Origin: Eubacteriales bacterium
GTDB taxonomy: Bacteria > Bacillota > Clostridia > Oscillospirales > SIG627
Direction: 5' to 3'
Assembly: GCA_045595105.1 (NCBI GenBank)
Contig: JAZNZV010000114.1
Location: 1-36,113, forward strand
DNA: 36,113 nucleotides
This document shows positions 33,035 to 36,113 of this stretch, piece by piece. The notes beneath the pieces are model-generated. The model was not told the DNA's origin. It saw only the letters and a list, made by a program, of their open reading frames with translations, and searched no databases. Position 1 is the first letter of the stretch. Each line of letters starts with the position of its first letter. Made by a program: the position numbers and the translations under genes.

Positions 33035-34465
33035 TTAAACCTCACTTATTTCGTTGTGCAGTACCTTGTCTGCCTTTATTATCATATGCGAGAGAATTTC
33101 AATTCCCTGCAAAAATCCTTCAATGTCAAGCATCTCGTCGGGCTGATGAACGTTGCCATGCCCGGGAAGAAGGGGCGGATGCTTTGATTTACCTGTATAC
33201 GAGCCTGTGCTCACCGCATTTTTCAAAAATCTCGCATAGGTACCACCCACACTCAGGTAAGGAGCACTCTCAATATCTCCGGTGTTTTCTCTGTAAGCGT
33301 CAAGCATTGCCTGAACCAGAGTGTCTGACTCCTTGATAACGTAGCCCTTGAGCCCATATTTTAGCTTGTAATCGAAGCCGATACCGTCTAAATACTTTTT
33401 AATTCCTTCAATGAGCTCATCCTCGTCAAGCTCAAGTCCGAAACGGAAGTCGAAGCTTACCGAAAGCTTCATGTCTTCAAGCTTTACAATTCCGTTGGCA
33501 CAGGTAGTATCTCCAAACTCAGAGTCGGTGGTGAACAACCCCGCATCTCTCAGATGTGGCTCTGAAAGAAGAGGCCTTATTCTTTTAAGAATACTCTTGT
33601 CATTCTCGGATATAGAAGAAAGAGTGAGCACGTCTATTGCTATTAAAAATGCATTAAGGGAATTTGCGGGAGCCGCCGCATGAGTACTCATTCCGCTTGT
33701 TGTGAGAACTATGACGTCATCTTTCTTTGTAACCGTGGCATTCTCCATGCCTTTTACTATATCTTCAAGCTCATCAAAAAGCCCGTCTTTGTCTTTTATT
33801 TTCACTTCGGCTTTGTCAAGAACTACGTTGAACGCCTGACCGCCCGATACCCCAACGATATCGTGGAAGGGCTGTCTTGACTCTGCCCAGAAGTTCATAA
33901 CGGTCTTTTCTCCTCTGCATACAGGGTAAGAGTTGTCGGGTACGATAGAGAAGTCGGGCATTTCCTCGGTGTTGGCATAAAGGGAAACGTCGGTCATACC
34001 GCTTTCTTCGTCGGAGCCTGAGAAGAGAAGTATTCTGCTTTTTGGAGTATAACCCGCATTTTTCAAGGCACGCATTGCCCATATAGCGCCAACCACACCC
34101 GAGGAGTTGTCCTCAGAGCCTCTTCCTATAATGAAGCCGTCCTTTTCTATGGGCTCAAAGGGCTTCGTGTAAACCCAGTCGCCCTCGGTTACGGGAACAA
34201 CGTCGGCATGGGAAAAGATACCGATAAGCTTATCGTCTCCCTCACTCACTGCCGTAACGTAGTGCTTACCCTCTTCTATTTTTGTGTTATAACCGTCGGA
34301 AGTATATTTTTTCTCGATATGCAAAAGGGCATCAAGACACGCCTTCCCAAAAGGAGCGCCCTCTTTGGGTACACCCTTTACGGAGGGTATTGCAACAAGG
34401 TCAAAAACGTCCTTTACAATGTCATTTCTGTGTTCTTTTAAAAAATCTTGTATTTTTGTTTTCAT
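33035..34465 (-). CDS. M20-family dipeptidase (PepV/Sapep-like)
   Basis: Motifs are GIFSHADVVP, GRGSEDNSSG, LFSGSDEESG and VHQPDE. The ATG at 34465 is preferred because the track's GTG at 34480 lies too close to the predicted promoter. Confidence 0.85.
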   Translation of the reverse strand: MKTKIQDFLKEHRNDIVKDVFDLVAIPSVKGVPKEGAPFGKACLDALLHIEKKYTSDGYNTKIEEGKHYVTAVSEGDDKLIGIFSHADVVPVTEGDWVYTKPFEPIEKDGFIIGRGSEDNSSGVVGAIWAMRALKNAGYTPKSRILLFSGSDEESGMTDVSLYANTEEMPDFSIVPDNSYPVCRGEKTVMNFWAESRQPFHDIVGVSGGQAFNVVLDKAEVKIKDKDGLFDELEDIVKGMENATVTKKDDVIVLTTSGMSTHAAAPANSLNAFLIAIDVLTLSSISENDKSILKRIRPLLSEPHLRDAGLFTTDSEFGDTTCANGIVKLEDMKLSVSFDFRFGLELDEDELIEGIKKYLDGIGFDYKLKYGLKGYVIKESDTLVQAMLDAYRENTGDIESAPYLSVGGTYARFLKNAVSTGSYTGKSKHPPLLPGHGNVHQPDEMLDIEGFLQGIEILSHMIIKADKVLHNEISEV

Positions 34466-34496
34466 AACGTCACCATTCACGTATAGATTAAGTTAA

Positions 34497-34525
34497 ATGA
34501 TACCATAAATAAGGCATAATGTCAA
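34497..34525 (-). promoter_or_regulatory. Sigma-A type promoter of the dipeptidase-aminotransferase operon
   Basis: Minus strand reads TTGACA (34525-34520), 17 nt, then TATCAT (34502-34497), preceded by TGG (extended -10). Confidence 0.6.
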
Positions 34526-34637
34526 TATTTGACATAAAAAAGACAATATTAAGTCGCTTAGTATTTTAACCCAAAACTTGAATAAAACACAAGATGTATG
34601 AAAAAAATAAGAGTGAAGAAAAGAAAGGAGAAAAAAT

Positions 34638-34985
34638 ATGACAGTTAAAAGAGGAGATATATTTTACGCAGACCTCAGTCCCGTCATCGGCTCAGAGCAA
34701 GGGGGAGTGAGACCTGTTGTTATAGTACAAAACGACGTTGGAAACCGTCATAGCCCCACCGTTATCGCCGCCGCAATAACAAGTAAGACCGATAAAGCCA
34801 AGCTCCCCACACATATAGAGGTAGAGGCATTTCAGTTCGGGCTGGCAAAGGACTCAGTGATTTTGCTGGAGCAAGTACGTACGATAGATAAAAAAAGACT
34901 GAAGGAAAAAATGGGACATTTAGAGGATGAAACCATGGAGAGGGTAAATTCTGCTATATCTGTCAGCTTCGGACTTGAGGGGTAA
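34638..34985 (+). CDS. mazF: MazF/EndoA-type mRNA interferase toxin (PemK family)
   Basis: 115 aa. [46 protein letters not shown]...KLPTHIEV...[17 protein letters not shown] is close to B. subtilis EndoA (NdoA) along its whole length. SD AAAGGAG. Confidence 0.95.
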   Translation: MTVKRGDIFYADLSPVIGSEQGGVRPVVIVQNDVGNRHSPTVIAAAITSKTDKAKLPTHIEVEAFQFGLAKDSVILLEQVRTIDKKRLKEKMGHLEDETMERVNSAISVSFGLEG

Positions 34986-35001
34986 ATAAAGACCGTAATC
35001 A

Positions 35002-35025
35002 AAAAAGCCGTCATAAGACGGCTTT
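35002..35025. terminator. Bidirectional intrinsic terminator
   Basis: AAAAGCCGTC-ATAA-GACGGCTTTT lies between the convergent mazF and 35032-35547 genes. Confidence 0.85.
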
Positions 35026-35031
35026 TGGTTA

Positions 35032-35547
35032 TTACTGTGCAATTTTAAAGGTTTTTGTAATCACTTTGTCATTGAAGCTGATGAACTCCTCAAGCTCCAC
35101 TTGTATGTCTGTGGTTGTGTCATTTAAGGTATATGCCACCTCTACTTCAATAGAAGTATCAGACTTAATTTTCTTTGATTGGTTGTCGGCAGAATAGTTT
35201 GCACTTTCATCTGCAAAGTAACAATGCTCCATCTCTACTCCGTCCTGATACGCACTATCCGTAAAAGCTACGCTGAAAGATGATGCCTCATCGGAATTAT
35301 TAGTGAATGTGTATTTGACAATAGCAATAGGATTTCCTTCCCAATCCTCAGCAAGACGGCAACTGTCAATAGTGACAGTGTAGTTACCGAGAGTTTCATT
35401 GTCATTATTAACTGTGTTTTCTGTTTCTCCTGCCTCTTGCTCTTCCGTTGTGCCTTCCGAAGAGCTGCTCATTGCCATAAGAGCAAAAGCAAAAAGTACC
35501 GTTACAGTTAAAAGTGCAGGGATAATTTTTTTAATTACCTTTTTCAT
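35032..35547 (-). CDS. Exported DUF5067/DUF4352-like protein
   Basis: 171 aa from the ATG at 35547 (SD AAAGGAGA). Signal/anchor MKKVIKKIIPALLTVTVLFAFALMAM. The core NYTVTIDSCRLAEDWEGNPIAIVKYTFTNNSDEASSFSVAFTDSAYQDGVEME fits the family pattern. Confidence 0.6.
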   Translation of the reverse strand: MKKVIKKIIPALLTVTVLFAFALMAMSSSSEGTTEEQEAGETENTVNNDNETLGNYTVTIDSCRLAEDWEGNPIAIVKYTFTNNSDEASSFSVAFTDSAYQDGVEMEHCYFADESANYSADNQSKKIKSDTSIEVEVAYTLNDTTTDIQVELEEFISFNDKVITKTFKIAQ

Positions 35548-35945
35548 AATATTCTCCTTTTTATTGATTTGATAGTATGAACAGAAATTATTACGGCGAT
35601 GAAACATACCAAAATATCAACTATATCGAATGTGCCCTTAACAATTTTCATTTTTTGCATTATTTCCCATATTACTCCGAAGGAAAAAGAAATAATGGCA
35701 GAAGTCTTTAAACTGTGTATCAGCGATAAAGCAACGTTTAAAGAGAAAGCCCAAGCAAAGTCTGAAAAATAGTATTTGAAAATGTAGGTAATCAAACTAT
35801 CAGCAATATTTTCTGGCAGTTTGACTATCTTTTTTACACTGTCGTGAAAATATGTATCAGGTCTAAAAAATACATATGCCAGAAATCCGCAAGTCAGCGA
35901 AATAAGACATAACAAGATACAGATAAATTTATGGTGTTTTTTCAT
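35544..35945 (-). CDS. Small multi-pass membrane protein, unknown function
   Basis: It has about 4 hydrophobic segments and an ATGA overlap with the downstream gene. The start is placed at the ATG at 35945 (or a leaderless ATG at 35960), because the consensus promoter at 35968-35996 lies inside the track's longer ORF. Confidence 0.5.
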   Translation of the reverse strand: MKKHHKFICILLCLISLTCGFLAYVFFRPDTYFHDSVKKIVKLPENIADSLITYIFKYYFSDFAWAFSLNVALSLIHSLKTSAIISFSFGVIWEIMQKMKIVKGTFDIVDILVCFIAVIISVHTIKSIKRRIL

Positions 35946-35967
35946 AGCTTTTTCTTCCATCGGCAAA

Positions 35968-35996
35968 ATTATAACACAAATGTGTTCTTTTGTCAA
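35968..35996 (-). promoter_or_regulatory. Sigma-A type promoter
   Basis: Minus strand reads TTGACA (35996-35991), 17 nt, then TATAAT (35973-35968). Both hexamers are perfect consensus. Confidence 0.7.
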
Positions 35997-36052
35997 CATA
36001 TGTGTTCATAAAACTCATAAAAAAACTCTACAATTATTGCAGAGGTGATAAT

Positions 36053-36113
36053 ATGTCAGAAATATATCTTGATTCTAAAATAGTAGGAGAAGCAATAGCG
36101 AACTGCAGAAAAC
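36053..36113 (+). CDS. 5' end of an ORF running off the right edge (possibly an HTH regulator)
   Basis: SD GAGGTGA lies 4 nt before the ATG. The visible sequence is MSEIYLDSKIVGEAIANCRK, and the IGxxIxxxRK pattern resembles XRE N-termini. Too short to be sure. Confidence 0.3.
   Translation, partial: MSEIYLDSKIVGEAIANCRK

Noticed and set aside
34594-34641. A 15-codon ORF overlapping the mazF start (ATGA), considered as a mini-antitoxin or leader.
   Set aside because: It has no SD of its own. It is Lys/Glu-rich only because it reads through the purine-rich mazF SD region, and it is far shorter than any MazE. It is mentioned in the mazF finding as a caveat only.
35946-35999. The longer start of the small membrane protein ORF (MLTKEHICVIILPMEEKA...).
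   Set aside because: A perfect TTGACA-17-TATAAT promoter (35968-35996) lies inside this extension, so transcription most likely begins downstream of it.
1-36113. CRISPR arrays, tRNA/rRNA genes, IS elements and transposases.
   Set aside because: I saw no regularly spaced short repeats, no cloverleaf-like or rRNA-like segments, and no DDE or serine/tyrosine recombinase-like ORFs on either strand.

Overview
This is a 36.1-kb chromosomal window that looks like a Clostridia-type Firmicute, judged from a ptsG-ptsH-ptsI operon, an EndoA-like MazF, a DUF3794/LysM sporulation-type protein, and GGAGG-type ribosome-binding sites (SD). Left to right it holds the following. (1) The 5' end of a DAHP synthase gene, preceded by a long leader that contains a Phe/Tyr-rich mini-ORF and a terminator. 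(2) A four-gene operon linked by ATGA start/stop overlaps: GT8-GT8-acyltransferase-acyltransferase. (3) An XRE-family membrane regulator. (4) A PTS operon (EIICBA, HPr, EI). (5) A secreted LamG-metallophosphoesterase. (6) An AT-rich DUF4143 AAA ATPase gene. (7) A GntR(YtrA-like)-ABC ATPase-permease operon. (8) A ~7.8-kb single-operon podovirus-like module: portal, capsid, scaffold, fibre-like protein, M15 peptidase and others. It has no terminase, integrase or replication genes. (9) A 2324-aa cyclic beta-1,2-glucan synthase-like gene followed by a DUF3794/LysM gene. (10) An aminotransferase and an M20 dipeptidase. (11) A MazF toxin with no adjacent antitoxin. (12) An AT-rich right end with small envelope proteins. 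I found no rRNA, tRNA, CRISPR array, transposase or integrase. The most interesting candidate is the terminase-less phage-like operon (15110-22941) with its TGCCA-repeat control region. The second is the aromatic-codon leader upstream of DAHP synthase. All product calls come from reading motifs by eye; no database search was run.
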